From an uncultured Oligoflexus sp. (GTDB lineage: Bacteria; Bdellovibrionota_B; Oligoflexia; Oligoflexales; Oligoflexaceae), in assembly GCA_964236955.1 (NCBI GenBank), contig CAXSGP010000051.1, positions 1 through 33,766 on the forward strand: 33,766 nucleotides of DNA, written 5' to 3'. The position numbers were made by a program, and so were the translations under genes. Positions 1 through 10,236 of this stretch are shown here, piece by piece (the stretch's first letter is position 1; the number at the start of each line of letters is the position of its first letter). A model generated the notes under the pieces. It was not told the DNA's origin. It did not search any database and was given only the letters and a program-made list of their open reading frames with translations.

Positions 1-10
1 CTGCGTTACT

Positions 11-53
11 GGGGATGTTCGACGTTGGCGTAGCCAAACGTCAACAGCCCCTA
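11..53. repeat. Long imperfect hairpin ending ...AACAGCCCC|TA; possible terminus of a MITE/REP-like element truncated by the window edge
   Basis: GGGGATGTTCGACGTTGGC-GTA-GCCAAACGTCAACAGCCCC folds back on itself. The minus strand reads TA-GGGGCTGTTGACGTTT, resembling short IS5-like/MITE terminal repeats. Only one end is visible. Confidence 0.3.
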
Positions 54-793
54 AAACAATTTTTTAAGATTCTTGAAATTTTTCTGGAAATCATCATCTT
101 CCCGATCAGCAAAAAGCCAAGTTATGGATCAGGGTTTTGCCACCCATCCCTTGGGTCTCAAGTACCTCACTGGCTATTCTTACAAAGGCATCGATGGGAT
201 AAGAAGGTCAGATAAGAAGAAAAGAAAAGTCTCATTATAGTGACAAAAATCCATTGAAAGCCCATTTCATGAGAATTTTCTAAGAAAAGCTTTGACCTTC
301 CGGGTAACACCTACAGGCTCATATTCTTGGCATTGTTGATCCTTTTAGCCACTCTTCCGCGTTTACTCCCAAAACTGCAACCAAGCTAATAGGTTCGGTT
401 ATTCTGTACGCCTGTCCGGAAGCCAAAGACAGCCATTTCGATACGGAAAATATTTTGTACATAGCTTCGTCTTGTTAGTCTAAGGTAGCTTGTAATTTTG
501 AAAATCGGGCTTTGAGAGCTTTCGAAATCTCGGAAACGAGTTTTTTTGAAAATACTTAAACATTGATTTTTTAATCGTTTAGTTGCTTTATTTCTGATTT
601 AACCCAGGGCCGGAACCTTGTCTATGTCTGCCAAAATAGGCAGGCCTATGTTACAGTGGAGTCACTATTGAAATTCAGTCTTACTTTCTGCGCTCAGCGC
701 CTAATCCAGACAAAGCACTACAGCGTTAGTCTTTTCTGAGATTCCGCGAGAGTCGCGCCCAACCTGTGCTTTTTTCCGAGATAAGGGGAACCC

Positions 794-2239
794 ATGAAAC
801 TCACTCGCATAACCCCATTGATGCTGTCTCTAAGCGTAGTGTTTACAGCCAATGCCTGTAAAACCACACAAACGACCAAAGATGACATCAATAATGCCGA
901 ACTCAATGACTCGAACACTGCCGGCACACCCGAAGTTCAGCCCGATGAAATCGATGATTCCATCGATCAGGAACTGCAAAGGTCGATTAACGGTGACGTT
1001 GCAGAAATCGGTAGCGAAGAAGACGAGATCAACAAAGCTCTGAAGGCGGGCATTCCGGTCGAGCTCAATAAAGACGTTGATCGTTGGATCGATTTCTTCG
1101 CCAATAAAAACCACGATGCCTTTCAGCGTTTCCTCGATCGGGGACAGCCCTACAAAAAAATGATCGTCGCCACACTGCGCGACTCGGGCGTTCCGAGCGA
1201 GCTTTATTACCTGGCGATGATAGAAAGTGGTTTCGTGGTGCAGGCGCACTCCAGCGCCAGCGCTGTCGGTTTCTGGCAATTCATACCAGCCTCCGGCCGA
1301 CGCTATGGTCTGCGTGTCGACGGCTACGTTGATGAACGGCGCGATCCTTGGCGTTCGACTGTTGCGGCTTCCCTCTACCTTGCCGACCTCAATAACGTCT
1401 TCAATTCCTGGTACCTGGCGATGGCTGCCTACAATGCCGGTGAAACCCGCATTATGAACGCGATCATGCGTGGCAAGACCCGGGATTTCTGGGAGCTTGT
1501 ACGGCAGCGTGTCCTGCCGGCTGAAACAATGGACTACATCCCGAAGGTCCTCGCAGCCTACATGGTTGGCAAAAACCCCGAGAAATATGGTTTTCGCATT
1601 CCAAACTCACCTTCGCATGAGGCCTTCGTCGGCGTGACGGTTCCATCGCCAATCAATCTTTCGGCGATAGCGGACGAGACCGAAATCCCCCTCGAGAGCC
1701 TGCAACGGTTCAACCCTCATCTGAAAAGCGGATCGACACCTGTTGATTCGAGCAACTATAAGATCTGGATCCCCAAACGTTACGAAGAAACCTTTAAAGA
1801 AAAATCGTCGGGCCTCGCCGCTCACCGTATGGCTACCAAAGCCGAAGCTCCGCGCCTTGCCAATGAAAGCAAAATTAGAAAGTTTCATCGCGTCAAACGC
1901 GGTGAACACCTTAATAGCATCGCGCAAAAATATGGAATTTCCGTCAACCAACTGAAGGAACTTAACAACCTTCACTCGAGTGTCGTCGTTCGTGGGATGA
2001 AACTCCGGGTTATGGGCGAGCCTCAGACCAGCGAAAAAACTTTGGCTGGCGCTCCGGCGTCGAAAATTGAAAAAGTCGAGGAAAACGATGACGGCATCTA
2101 CCGTGTCCGTCGCGGCGACCGCCTGCATGGAATCGCCAAGAAGTTTGGCATGACCGTCGCAGAACTTAAAAAGATCAATAAACTTCACCGCAACGGCGTC
2201 AAGGTTGGGCAGATCCTCAGGGTCAGCCGGGCCGGCTAA
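794..2239 (+). CDS. mltD: MltD-like lytic murein transglycosylase (SLT domain plus C-terminal LysM domains), probable lipoprotein
   Basis: Catalytic LAMIESG, AVGFWQFIP, AMAAYNAGE and ETMDYIPK motifs. Two LysM repeats (HRVKRGEHLNSIAQKYG, YRVRRGDRLHGIAKKFG). Signal peptide ending ANAC. AAGGGGA RBS upstream. Confidence 0.9.
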   Translation: MKLTRITPLMLSLSVVFTANACKTTQTTKDDINNAELNDSNTAGTPEVQPDEIDDSIDQELQRSINGDVAEIGSEEDEINKALKAGIPVELNKDVDRWIDFFANKNHDAFQRFLDRGQPYKKMIVATLRDSGVPSELYYLAMIESGFVVQAHSSASAVGFWQFIPASGRRYGLRVDGYVDERRDPWRSTVAASLYLADLNNVFNSWYLAMAAYNAGETRIMNAIMRGKTRDFWELVRQRVLPAETMDYIPKVLAAYMVGKNPEKYGFRIPNSPSHEAFVGVTVPSPINLSAIADETEIPLESLQRFNPHLKSGSTPVDSSNYKIWIPKRYEETFKEKSSGLAAHRMATKAEAPRLANESKIRKFHRVKRGEHLNSIAQKYGISVNQLKELNNLHSSVVVRGMKLRVMGEPQTSEKTLAGAPASKIEKVEENDDGIYRVRRGDRLHGIAKKFGMTVAELKKINKLHRNGVKVGQILRVSRAG

Positions 2240-2275
2240 AGCGAGACCCGACTCGTCCATAAATCATAAACGAAG

Positions 2276-2301
2276 AAACCTCGCAGCTGCGGGGTTTTTT
2301 T
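2276..2301 (+). terminator. Rho-independent terminator after mltD
   Basis: AAACCTCGC-AGCT-GCGGGG followed by a run of T, about 35 bp after the stop codon. Confidence 0.8.
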
Positions 2302-2496
2302 GTATCCTGCCTGCAGCCTCGATCCGCTATGCCACGCCATTTTAATAGTTAAATCCTATCGGCACCGCTCTATCCCCGCCCGAGCCTCAATCCTGACGCA
2401 GATTTCTGGTTATGGGAGCAAACTGACGAACGCTGGACAGGGGGGAGCCTGTTAGGTAGAACAAAAGACCGAAGTATTTTTTAGGTGTAAAGCGAG

Positions 2497-2913
2497 ATGA
2501 CTGATATTTTGCAGAGAAAAGAAGATCTCCTTCGATCGATGAAAAGCATAGGCGATAAAGACGAACGATTGAGGCATATCGTTGACGAAGGCAAGGCGTT
2601 GCCTCCCCTTCCCGACAATCTCAAATTGGACGCTTTTCTCGTGAAAGGCTGTATTTCCAAAGCCTGGCTGGTGCCTCAGATCAAAGATGAGAAGCTTTAT
2701 TTCATGGCTGATTCGGAAGCCTTGATAGTTAAGGGTATCGTTGCGCTTCTGCTCAAGGTCTATAATGGCAGCACGCCAGCAGAAATACAAAAAATGTCGC
2801 CGGATTTTCTCAGCGATGCTGGTGTTAGTGAGCATCTGTCGATGAATCGAAGGAATGGACTGGGAAATATCCTAAGCATGATTCAACACTATGCGAAGAC
2901 AATGCAAAAGTAG
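2497..2913 (+). CDS. sufE: SufE-family sulfur acceptor protein
   Basis: VKGCISKAWL (conserved Cys), ADSEALIVKGIVALL and LSMNRRNGL motifs; 138 aa. Confidence 0.9.
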   Translation: MTDILQRKEDLLRSMKSIGDKDERLRHIVDEGKALPPLPDNLKLDAFLVKGCISKAWLVPQIKDEKLYFMADSEALIVKGIVALLLKVYNGSTPAEIQKMSPDFLSDAGVSEHLSMNRRNGLGNILSMIQHYAKTMQK

Positions 2914-3052
2914 CAGACTTTGAACGGCCATAATTAACAAGTGGCGGACCGCACTCCAGCCCTGATAATAGTAATGCAAGTTCCGAGTTGGTGTCTGTCC
3001 GGAAATGGGGATGGCCAGGCGCGAGGCCGCAAAAAAGCGGAGTTTTTGCCCC

Positions 3053-3080
3053 TAAATGAAGATCTTATTGCTGCCGATCA
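3053..3080 (+). promoter_or_regulatory. Sigma28 (FliA)-like promoter upstream of DAHP synthase
   Basis: TAAA-N16-GCCGATCA versus consensus TAAA-N15-GCCGATAA; about 100 bp before the ATG. Confidence 0.4.
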
Positions 3081-3179
3081 AACGCAGCGATCACCTTTTC
3101 CGGACCAAAACTCGTTTATAGATGGGACGACGGGAAAAGGAGGGTCAGGAATAAAACCATGGTTAATAAAGAGTAGACT

Positions 3180-4523
3180 ATGAGTACCGCAGATACCTGG
3201 CAACCCGATTCGTGGCGCAAACTTCCAATCAAACAGCAGCCTATTTATGAAAACGAAGGGGCCATGGCCGCTGTGCTTTCTGAGGTAAAAAAGCTGCCGC
3301 CGTTGATTTTCGCCGGTGAAGTCGTCAGACTCAAGAATCATTTGGCGAAAGCCAGCATGGGGGAAAGCTTTGTCTTACAGGGGGGCGACTGCGCGGAACG
3401 TTTTCAGGACTGCAACCGGGAAACGATCACTCAAAAACTGAAGATCATGCTGCAAATGTCGGTCGTTCTCTGTTATGGCCTGCGTAAGCCCATCATTCGA
3501 ATAGGCCGCATCGCCGGACAATATGCCAAGCCGCGCTCGCAAGACACTGAGGTCATCGATGGTCAGGAGATCCCCGTCTACCGTGGCGACATTATCAATT
3601 CATTTGAACCAAAGCTCGAAGCCCGTAAGCCTGATCCGGCCCGTATCAAACAGGCTTATTTCCATTCGATTGCTACCCTCAACTATATCCGTGCCCTGAC
3701 CAAAGGCGGTTTCGCTGATCTGCATCACCCCCAAAGTTGGGATCTTAAGTTCGTCAGCAACGCTGCCAAAAAAATTGAATATGAACACATTGTGCATAAT
3801 ATTCGGGACGCCATCGTCTTTATGGAATCCCTTGGGACGCGGGACGAAAAGCTTGCTTCGGTGGAATTCTACACCTCCCATGAAGGTTTGCTTTTAGCTG
3901 TGGAAGAGGCGATGACACAGTATGTTCCTGAGTTCGATGCCTACTTCAACCTGGGGGCCCACACCCTCTGGATAGGCGACCGAACCCGGCAACTCAATGG
4001 CGCTCATATAGAATATTTTCGAGGAATCGCCAATCCACTCGGACTGAAAGTGGGGCCGAGCTCTGATCCAAGAGATATCATCGCCATCTGTACTGCTCTG
4101 AATCCCAAGCGGGAAGCGGGCAAGGTCACCCTGATCAGTCGCTACGGCAAAGGCAAGGTTGACCTGCATCTGCCGCAGTTGATCGAGGCCATGAAGGATA
4201 CACCTGTCGTCTGGAGCATCGATCCTATGCATGGAAATGCCATCAAAACCGAGGCGGGTACGAAAACCCGGAGTTTTGACGATATACTGGGTGAGGTTAA
4301 GGAGAGTCTGGCGATTCACAAGGCATCGGGCAGCATCGTCGGCGGTATTCACTTTGAATTGACCGGTGATGACGTCACCGAATGCATCGGCGGATCGGCT
4401 GGGATTACTGCCGAGCAGCTTTCGAATCATTACGAAACTTACTGCGACCCTCGCCTCAATTATAGCCAGAGCCTGGAAATGGCCTTCTTGCTTTCCCAGT
4501 TGATCGCACCGGTCAAGGCATGA
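3180..4523 (+). CDS. Class II 3-deoxy-7-phosphoheptulonate (DAHP) synthase
   Basis: LQGGDCAE, GRIAGQYAKPRS, LWIGDRTRQ, DPMHGN and YETYCDPRLN motifs. Confidence 0.95.
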   Translation: MSTADTWQPDSWRKLPIKQQPIYENEGAMAAVLSEVKKLPPLIFAGEVVRLKNHLAKASMGESFVLQGGDCAERFQDCNRETITQKLKIMLQMSVVLCYGLRKPIIRIGRIAGQYAKPRSQDTEVIDGQEIPVYRGDIINSFEPKLEARKPDPARIKQAYFHSIATLNYIRALTKGGFADLHHPQSWDLKFVSNAAKKIEYEHIVHNIRDAIVFMESLGTRDEKLASVEFYTSHEGLLLAVEEAMTQYVPEFDAYFNLGAHTLWIGDRTRQLNGAHIEYFRGIANPLGLKVGPSSDPRDIIAICTALNPKREAGKVTLISRYGKGKVDLHLPQLIEAMKDTPVVWSIDPMHGNAIKTEAGTKTRSFDDILGEVKESLAIHKASGSIVGGIHFELTGDDVTECIGGSAGITAEQLSNHYETYCDPRLNYSQSLEMAFLLSQLIAPVKA

Positions 4524-4581
4524 AAGGCTTTCTATTCGGTTTTAGCCTGGGACCTGCGACCAGGAGCAAAAACTGAGCTGC

Positions 4582-4917
4582 TTAATTTTTAGGGCGGCAG
4601 GTTTCATATTCCCACTTCTGAACGAGCTGGCGCTTATTGATGTCAAGGCGCACATCGCAGTACTTGACCTGAACTTTTTCACTAATCGGGTCCTCAATTT
4701 CCGTGCGAATGTTTTTAAAGCGCACCGTGCGACCCTCGCCAGCCGGAATATTGACCTCGGGCTTTCCCCAAAGGCTTTGTATATATTCAAGCGACATCTC
4801 TTCCAATGCCACGATTTCCTTGCGTTCATTCGCAGCACCGAGCCCAAGCCCACCGCTCGACAGCGTACTACAGGCTGAAATGGATGCAATCGTGGCAATC
4901 AGTAAAAGAGCTCTCAT
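4582..4917 (-). CDS. Hypothetical small lipoprotein
   Basis: Signal peptide with lipobox ISAC, GAGGGA RBS upstream, two further Cys residues; function unknown. Confidence 0.7.
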   Translation of the reverse strand: MRALLLIATIASISACSTLSSGGLGLGAANERKEIVALEEMSLEYIQSLWGKPEVNIPAGEGRTVRFKNIRTEIEDPISEKVQVKYCDVRLDINKRQLVQKWEYETCRPKN

Positions 4918-5213
4918 GCTTTATCCCTCGCTCAAAATTTCAGCAGTACCGTTTCTAGTATTTTAGCAAAAAACAAGGCTTTCAGGGAGTTCCTCTGTTA
5001 AACTCCTGATTTTAATTGTTAGGCCCCTTGGGGTGCCCCAATGCTGGGTGTTATAGATTCAATATCGCTTCGAAAATCTTTGGCCGACGTAAACCAATTG
5101 GACGTCCCACCAAGTCGTTTATTTCCGTCAAGTCAAAATCTAAAGGATTTCCGATCAAATTTAATGGTTGTTGGTAGAACGCGTTACCAGCCCCACCGTA
5201 GAAGGGTTGAAAC

Positions 5214-6260
5214 ATGCAAAGAACCTGGTCCTTTCGCCTCCTTCATTCTGCAGTCTTCTTACTGGGGCTAAGCTGTTCGAGTCTGAGGGAGGGCCCCTAC
5301 CAGATGGCTGAAGTCAAAAGTGTGAACCAAACCTCAGAGCCTATCACCGCCGTCAAAAGATTTAGCTTTGGATCCTGCAATAAGCAGTATCTGCCACAAC
5401 CGCTTTGGAAGAAAATTCTCGCCGATCAGCCGGACTTGTTTCTTTGGACGGGTGATGTGGTGTATGCCGACACCCGCGATATGGGCAAACTGTCGCAAAT
5501 CTATGCCTCCCAGCTGCGGCAACCTGAATATCAAACCTTTATCGGCTCCGGCATTCCCGTCATAGGTGTATGGGATGACCACGATTATGGCGAAAACAAT
5601 GGCTCAAAAAGCTTTGCCCCGAAAGCGCAAAGTCAGCAGCTCTTTCTCGATTTCCTGGGCGAACCAAAGAACTCAAAACGCCGGCAACAGGATGGGATCT
5701 ATACGACCTATAGCTTTGGCAAGGGCGCCGAGACCGTTCGTTTTATCCTGCTTGATACCCGTTTCAACCGCGAGAACCCTTCAGGCGCCAATAAGGGGGA
5801 TATGCTTGGTGATGCACAATGGCAATGGTTGACCCACGAACTTTCCCTCGCAGCAGAGGGCGTAACCTTTCTTGTCTCAAGTATACAGGTTCTTCCGGTC
5901 GAACAAAAATTCGAGAAATGGGAAAATTTCCCGGATTCCAAGCTTAAACTTCTCGATCTGGTCGAACGCTCGCCAGCCAAAAACATTATTATTCTAAGCG
6001 GCGATCGGCATTTTGCCGAGGTTTCCCAACTCAAAATGAAAAGTGGCCGTGACTTATGGGAAATCACCTCAAGCGGCATGACTCATTCCTATCGCAGTCC
6101 CGATCCGGCCCGTAATGGCAACAGTCTGCGCGTCGGCCCTGTCCTCGATCGCCTTAACTATGGTCTGGTTGATATCGATTTTAAAAAGAAATGGGCTCGG
6201 GTGCAGGTCAGGGATCTGAATCAGACCTCGATAATTGATCAAAAGATTGAGATAAAATAA
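5214..6260 (+). CDS. phoD: PhoD-family alkaline phosphatase, lipoprotein form
   Basis: FGSC, WTGDVVYAD, WDDHDY, LDTR and LSGDRH metallophosphoesterase motifs; lipobox LGLSC. Confidence 0.88.
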   Translation: MQRTWSFRLLHSAVFLLGLSCSSLREGPYQMAEVKSVNQTSEPITAVKRFSFGSCNKQYLPQPLWKKILADQPDLFLWTGDVVYADTRDMGKLSQIYASQLRQPEYQTFIGSGIPVIGVWDDHDYGENNGSKSFAPKAQSQQLFLDFLGEPKNSKRRQQDGIYTTYSFGKGAETVRFILLDTRFNRENPSGANKGDMLGDAQWQWLTHELSLAAEGVTFLVSSIQVLPVEQKFEKWENFPDSKLKLLDLVERSPAKNIIILSGDRHFAEVSQLKMKSGRDLWEITSSGMTHSYRSPDPARNGNSLRVGPVLDRLNYGLVDIDFKKKWARVQVRDLNQTSIIDQKIEIK

Positions 6261-6265
6261 AAGTG

Positions 6266-6297
6266 AAAAAGCTTAGCCCCAGAAACTGAGGGTAAGC
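6266..6297 (-). terminator. Rho-independent terminator for the efflux operon, between the convergent phoD and tolC-like genes
   Basis: Minus strand GCTTACCCTCAG-TTT-CTGGGGCTAAGC followed by TTTTT. Confidence 0.65.
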
Positions 6298-6320
6298 CAT
6301 TAGAATCGATAAGATACTGA

Positions 6321-7697
6321 TTAAAGAGCCCCACCTGCGGCCCGCAGCTTACGCAGTTGAGCTCCATGCAGGTCATAGGTTGCATTGGCGAGATTCGCTT
6401 GCGCCCGCGCTCGGTCCCTTTGAATACTCAAAAGATCGGTGGTCGTCGCCAGTCCGTTGCGAAAACGGATATCGAACGACTTCAAAATCTGAGCACTCAA
6501 TTTTTCAGCGACTTTGGCATTTTTCAGCGTTTGCATGGCTCGATCCCATTCCGCATCGGCCTGGGCAGTCTCGACACGAATTTGTGACGCCAGAGATTCG
6601 CGAGCAATTTTGGCTTTGGACAGCTGAGTGTTAAATTCAGCATGGCGACCCGATCGGGTGTTCCAATCCCAAATATCCCATTGAAGGGTAAATCCATAGC
6701 TAAACTGATCCCGCACATCCTCCTTAGGAATATTGACAGCCAATCCGAGAAAGTTGACGTTGACGTCTTCAACCGCAAAATCCCGGGAAAAACGCGCGTA
6801 AGCGTTGATCTGAGGCCAATAATCGACTCGCTGAGCCTTGACCTGACTTTCGATAGCCTCGACACGCTGGGAGGCACTCTTCAATTCGCTTCTTTGCGAT
6901 TCTGTTTCGACTCCCTTGGCCGCTGTTACCGCACTCAGGTCTTGGAGTTCAGCAAGTCTAAGTTCCTGATCAGCCTTAAGGCCCAAGGTTTCGCGCAAGC
7001 CATCAGCAGCAACCCTCATTCTCGCTTCGGCTTCAATCACCAGGGTACTGGCCTCGGACGCCGCGAGTTCAAAACGGGAATAATCGAGTTCGGAAAGTTT
7101 ACCCGACTCACGCAGCGACTTGGCATCCCTTTTTTGCTTGCCAATAAGCGCCTCACTCTCGCGGTTGATCGCTAGGTAGCGGACCGCTTTGAGGGCCTGA
7201 ATGTAGGCCTCCGCACCCCTAAGCTTGGCATCGTTGCCTTCGACCGTGGTCTGACTTTTGGCTGATTCTTCCATCTTCCGTTCCGCGGTCAGCCGATCTC
7301 TCGCCGCGAAAATCTGCGTCAGAGGTTGCTGAATGATGACGGCCGCGGAACTTATCTCATCAGGAAAACGCTGGCCGGTCGGCAGAGTTTTTCCCGCCAT
7401 CTTGTTGACGTCCGTATCGATCCAGCCTCGCGCGGCCTCAAGACTTAACTTCGGGCCCATTCCCCCCTTGATCGCGGTTTGTCGGGCCTCCGAACCCAGC
7501 ACGTCCTGCTCAACCGACTGGCGGCTGTAGCTATGGGCAAAGGCGAGATTCATCGATTCATTGAGACTCAATGCACCCTGGGTTGATGCCGCCACGATTT
7601 TCATTGAGTCTTCGGCCAAGGAAGGGCCGGACCATAAACCTGCAAAGAGAACTAGGGATAAAAGGGTCGTGTGTTGGTTGGGTTTAATGTGCATCAT
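6321..7697 (-). CDS. TolC-family outer membrane efflux protein
   Basis: Signal peptide and two OEP-type repeats (GPKLSLEA / WPQINAYA; LQWDIWDW; RFRNGLATTTDLL). Start placed at the ATG at 7697 with GGAG RBS, overlapping the MFS gene stop. Confidence 0.88.
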   Translation of the reverse strand: MMHIKPNQHTTLLSLVLFAGLWSGPSLAEDSMKIVAASTQGALSLNESMNLAFAHSYSRQSVEQDVLGSEARQTAIKGGMGPKLSLEAARGWIDTDVNKMAGKTLPTGQRFPDEISSAAVIIQQPLTQIFAARDRLTAERKMEESAKSQTTVEGNDAKLRGAEAYIQALKAVRYLAINRESEALIGKQKRDAKSLRESGKLSELDYSRFELAASEASTLVIEAEARMRVAADGLRETLGLKADQELRLAELQDLSAVTAAKGVETESQRSELKSASQRVEAIESQVKAQRVDYWPQINAYARFSRDFAVEDVNVNFLGLAVNIPKEDVRDQFSYGFTLQWDIWDWNTRSGRHAEFNTQLSKAKIARESLASQIRVETAQADAEWDRAMQTLKNAKVAEKLSAQILKSFDIRFRNGLATTTDLLSIQRDRARAQANLANATYDLHGAQLRKLRAAGGAL

Positions 7698-9228
7698 GGA
7701 TTGGAGCTCCACCTTTTTGAGGTTTTTTAAGCAACAGAATAAAGAGCAGTCCGCAGGTAAAGACCATGGTCACGTACCAAAAACAGTTATTAAAAGCCTT
7801 TACCAGGGCCTGTTGATTGATCGTATTGTTCAGCACGGCCAGGACACTGGTATCGGCATCAAAAAACCGCCAGCCCAGCCCTGATTTGATACTGTTTATT
7901 CGCGCAACGGTTTCCGGGCTAAACGCACTCACATGCTCGGCATAATAAGAGTGAGCACGTGCCTGCGACCGATTGAGCATACTGCTCATCCACGCTGTGC
8001 CGATCGACCCACCCAGTTCCCGGGTCAGATTGAAAAGCCCTGCACCATTTCCCCTTTGAGCCGCCGGAAGCCCCGATAACGCGAGGATGCTGAGTGGCAC
8101 GAATATAAAGGCCAATCCCACGGAGCGTACAAAAAGAGGCAAAATGAGATCGCTTTCGCCCGCCTGCGCCGTGAAACCCGTGTGCATATAAAGGCTGATA
8201 ATCAACACCGACATTCCAAAGGCGATCATATAGCGACCGTCGAATCTGCCGGAAAATTTGCCTATGAACGGCATGATCAACACCTGTATCCAGCAGCCTT
8301 TCAAAAACAGAAGACCGATGTCAAATGCCTTATAGTGCATGACCGCGCCGCAGTAGAGGGAAAAGAGAAAAGCTGCCGAAAACAGTGCCATCCCCACCAG
8401 AAAGTTGATACCCGTGGCGGCGGTGTAGGCGGTATCCTTAAATATTCGCAGATCGACGATAGGATGGTCGGTCTCAAGTTGATGAACCACGAACACGACC
8501 AGAGTAAAGAGCGCGACAAAGGCCAGAGCAAGAATCAAATTGCTGGCAAACCAATCCTCCCGATTACCCTCCTCAAGCACGTACTGTAGCGATCCCATAC
8601 CAACCGCAAGCAAACTCAATCCGATACGATCCACGGGGGCCTTGGTTGCTTTAAAGTCAGGCTCTTCGATGTATTTCCAAGCCATGACAGCCGCAAATAT
8701 TCCGATCGGAACGTTGATGAGAAAGATCCAATGCCAACTTGCAATGTCGATGAGATAACCACCCAGGGTCGGCCCAAGGAGAGGCCCCGTGACCGCACCA
8801 AGACCAAAGAGGGCTCCAGCGGTACCGTGTTCTTTGGTAGGATAACGGGCAAACAGAATCGATTGCGCGGTGGGAATGATGGCACCACCGCCGATGCCTT
8901 GCAGGATGCGAAAGGCAACGAGCGACGGCAGGTTCCAGGCGACCCCACAAAGCATGGAGGCAATGATAAAAAGAATGATTGAAAAAGTAAAATAATTCCT
9001 GAAACCAAAGCGCCTTTGAAGCCATCCCGTGAGGGGTATGACGATGACATTCGCCATCATATAACCCGTTGAAACCCAAGCAATTTGATCGATTGGTGTC
9101 CCAAAGCTGGCGCGGATATCGGTAAGCGCTACATTGACGATGGAAATATCGAGGATAGCCATCAATGCGGCAGCCATGGCCGCGATTGTAATGCCTAGTT
9201 TGGGACCTCTGATGAGCGTCTGCTCCAT
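7684..9228 (-). CDS. emrB: DHA2/EmrB-family MFS multidrug efflux permease
   Basis: LDISIVNVAL, FRILQGIGGG, GPLLGPTLGG, WHWIFLINVPIG and RELGGSIG motifs; about 14 TM segments. Confidence 0.9.
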   Translation of the reverse strand: MEQTLIRGPKLGITIAAMAAALMAILDISIVNVALTDIRASFGTPIDQIAWVSTGYMMANVIVIPLTGWLQRRFGFRNYFTFSIILFIIASMLCGVAWNLPSLVAFRILQGIGGGAIIPTAQSILFARYPTKEHGTAGALFGLGAVTGPLLGPTLGGYLIDIASWHWIFLINVPIGIFAAVMAWKYIEEPDFKATKAPVDRIGLSLLAVGMGSLQYVLEEGNREDWFASNLILALAFVALFTLVVFVVHQLETDHPIVDLRIFKDTAYTAATGINFLVGMALFSAAFLFSLYCGAVMHYKAFDIGLLFLKGCWIQVLIMPFIGKFSGRFDGRYMIAFGMSVLIISLYMHTGFTAQAGESDLILPLFVRSVGLAFIFVPLSILALSGLPAAQRGNGAGLFNLTRELGGSIGTAWMSSMLNRSQARAHSYYAEHVSAFSPETVARINSIKSGLGWRFFDADTSVLAVLNNTINQQALVKAFNNCFWYVTMVFTCGLLFILLLKKPQKGGAPIHDAH

Positions 9229-9243
9229 AACTATTCCTAAAGG

Positions 9244-10200
9244 TTAATTGGTGAAGATCGTGACTTCCGCGCTCATACCGGGGCGAACTTCAAGTCCGGT
9301 CTGCTGAAGGTTTTTAAAGTGCAGGATTATCGGCACCCGCTGAACGACTTTGACAAAGTTTCCGGAGGCGTTATCAGGGGGAATCAAAGCAAATTTGGAT
9401 CCCGTCGCGGCACCGATTGAGGCAACTTCCGCATCGAAGTGCTTGCTGCCGTAACTATCGACTTTTACCGTTGCTTTCTGACCAAGTTTGATGCCCTCAA
9501 GCTGATCTTCCTTATAGTTTGCAACAATCCAGACATCGGCTAGATCGACAATCGCCATCAGCGGCGCCATGGGCGTAACCATCTGACCGGATTCGACGGA
9601 GCGGCGTGAGACGATGCCGTCGATGGGCGAGAGTATAGTTGTGTAGGAAAGATTGAGCGTGGCAAGAGCGAGCGATGCTTCGGCTTGCTGCACCTTAGCA
9701 ACGGCCGCTCCAAGTGAACCCCCTTTTTTGGTCGAACCCAGACGAGCAACTGACTGGTCATAGGCAGCTTTAGCCTGAAGCTGACCGTTGGTGGCTGTAT
9801 CAAGATCGGCTTTGGCGAGGACCCCCTCTTTATTCAATTGTTTGGCACGACCCAGTTCGATTTCTGAAAGTTTAAGCCGGGACAGTGCTGCCGTGACATC
9901 CGATTCACCGGCTTCAACGCCAGCCCGGGCGGCACTTAGATCAGCCTCGGCGGCGCTGAGGCGGGCTTCCAGTTCCTTTTTATCCAATTCAAGAAGGGGA
10001 TCACCGGCATGGACGAGTTGGTTGTCCTTGACCAGCAGCTTCTGAACCTGGCCTGAAATACGGGCGGCAATATTAATGATATGGGCTTCAATCTGCGCAT
10101 CATCAGTCTTCTCTTTACCACGACCCATGCCATACATGATGCCGATTGATAGGACAATGACCGTGCCTAAACCTATAGCGACTTTCTGGGCTTTTTTCAT
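9244..10200 (-). CDS. emrA: EmrA/HlyD-family periplasmic adaptor
   Basis: TDDAQI, ATGSKFALIPPDNASGNFVKVVQRVPI and RPGMSAEV motifs. Confidence 0.9.
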   Translation of the reverse strand: MKKAQKVAIGLGTVIVLSIGIMYGMGRGKEKTDDAQIEAHIINIAARISGQVQKLLVKDNQLVHAGDPLLELDKKELEARLSAAEADLSAARAGVEAGESDVTAALSRLKLSEIELGRAKQLNKEGVLAKADLDTATNGQLQAKAAYDQSVARLGSTKKGGSLGAAVAKVQQAEASLALATLNLSYTTILSPIDGIVSRRSVESGQMVTPMAPLMAIVDLADVWIVANYKEDQLEGIKLGQKATVKVDSYGSKHFDAEVASIGAATGSKFALIPPDNASGNFVKVVQRVPIILHFKNLQQTGLEVRPGMSAEVTIFTN

Positions 10201-10236
10201 TCTCGTTCCACTCCTGAATATGAGACTTTATTGGGG

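Noticed and set aside
11..51. tmRNA or tRNA 5' end (GGGGATGTTCGAC on the plus strand, GGGGCTG on the minus strand)
   Set aside because: The spacing to TTCGAC is too short, no T-arm, CCA end or tag ORF is visible, and the sequence pairs with itself as a local hairpin.
2356..2363. Sigma28 -10 element GCCGATAG on the minus strand
   Set aside because: There is no -35 element and it points antisense into mltD.
2497..4523. Functional link between sufE, DAHP synthase and trhO in tRNA hydroxylation
   Set aside because: The genes are not in one operon and trhO is more than 20 kb away. The prephenate-dependent route uses TrhP, not TrhO.
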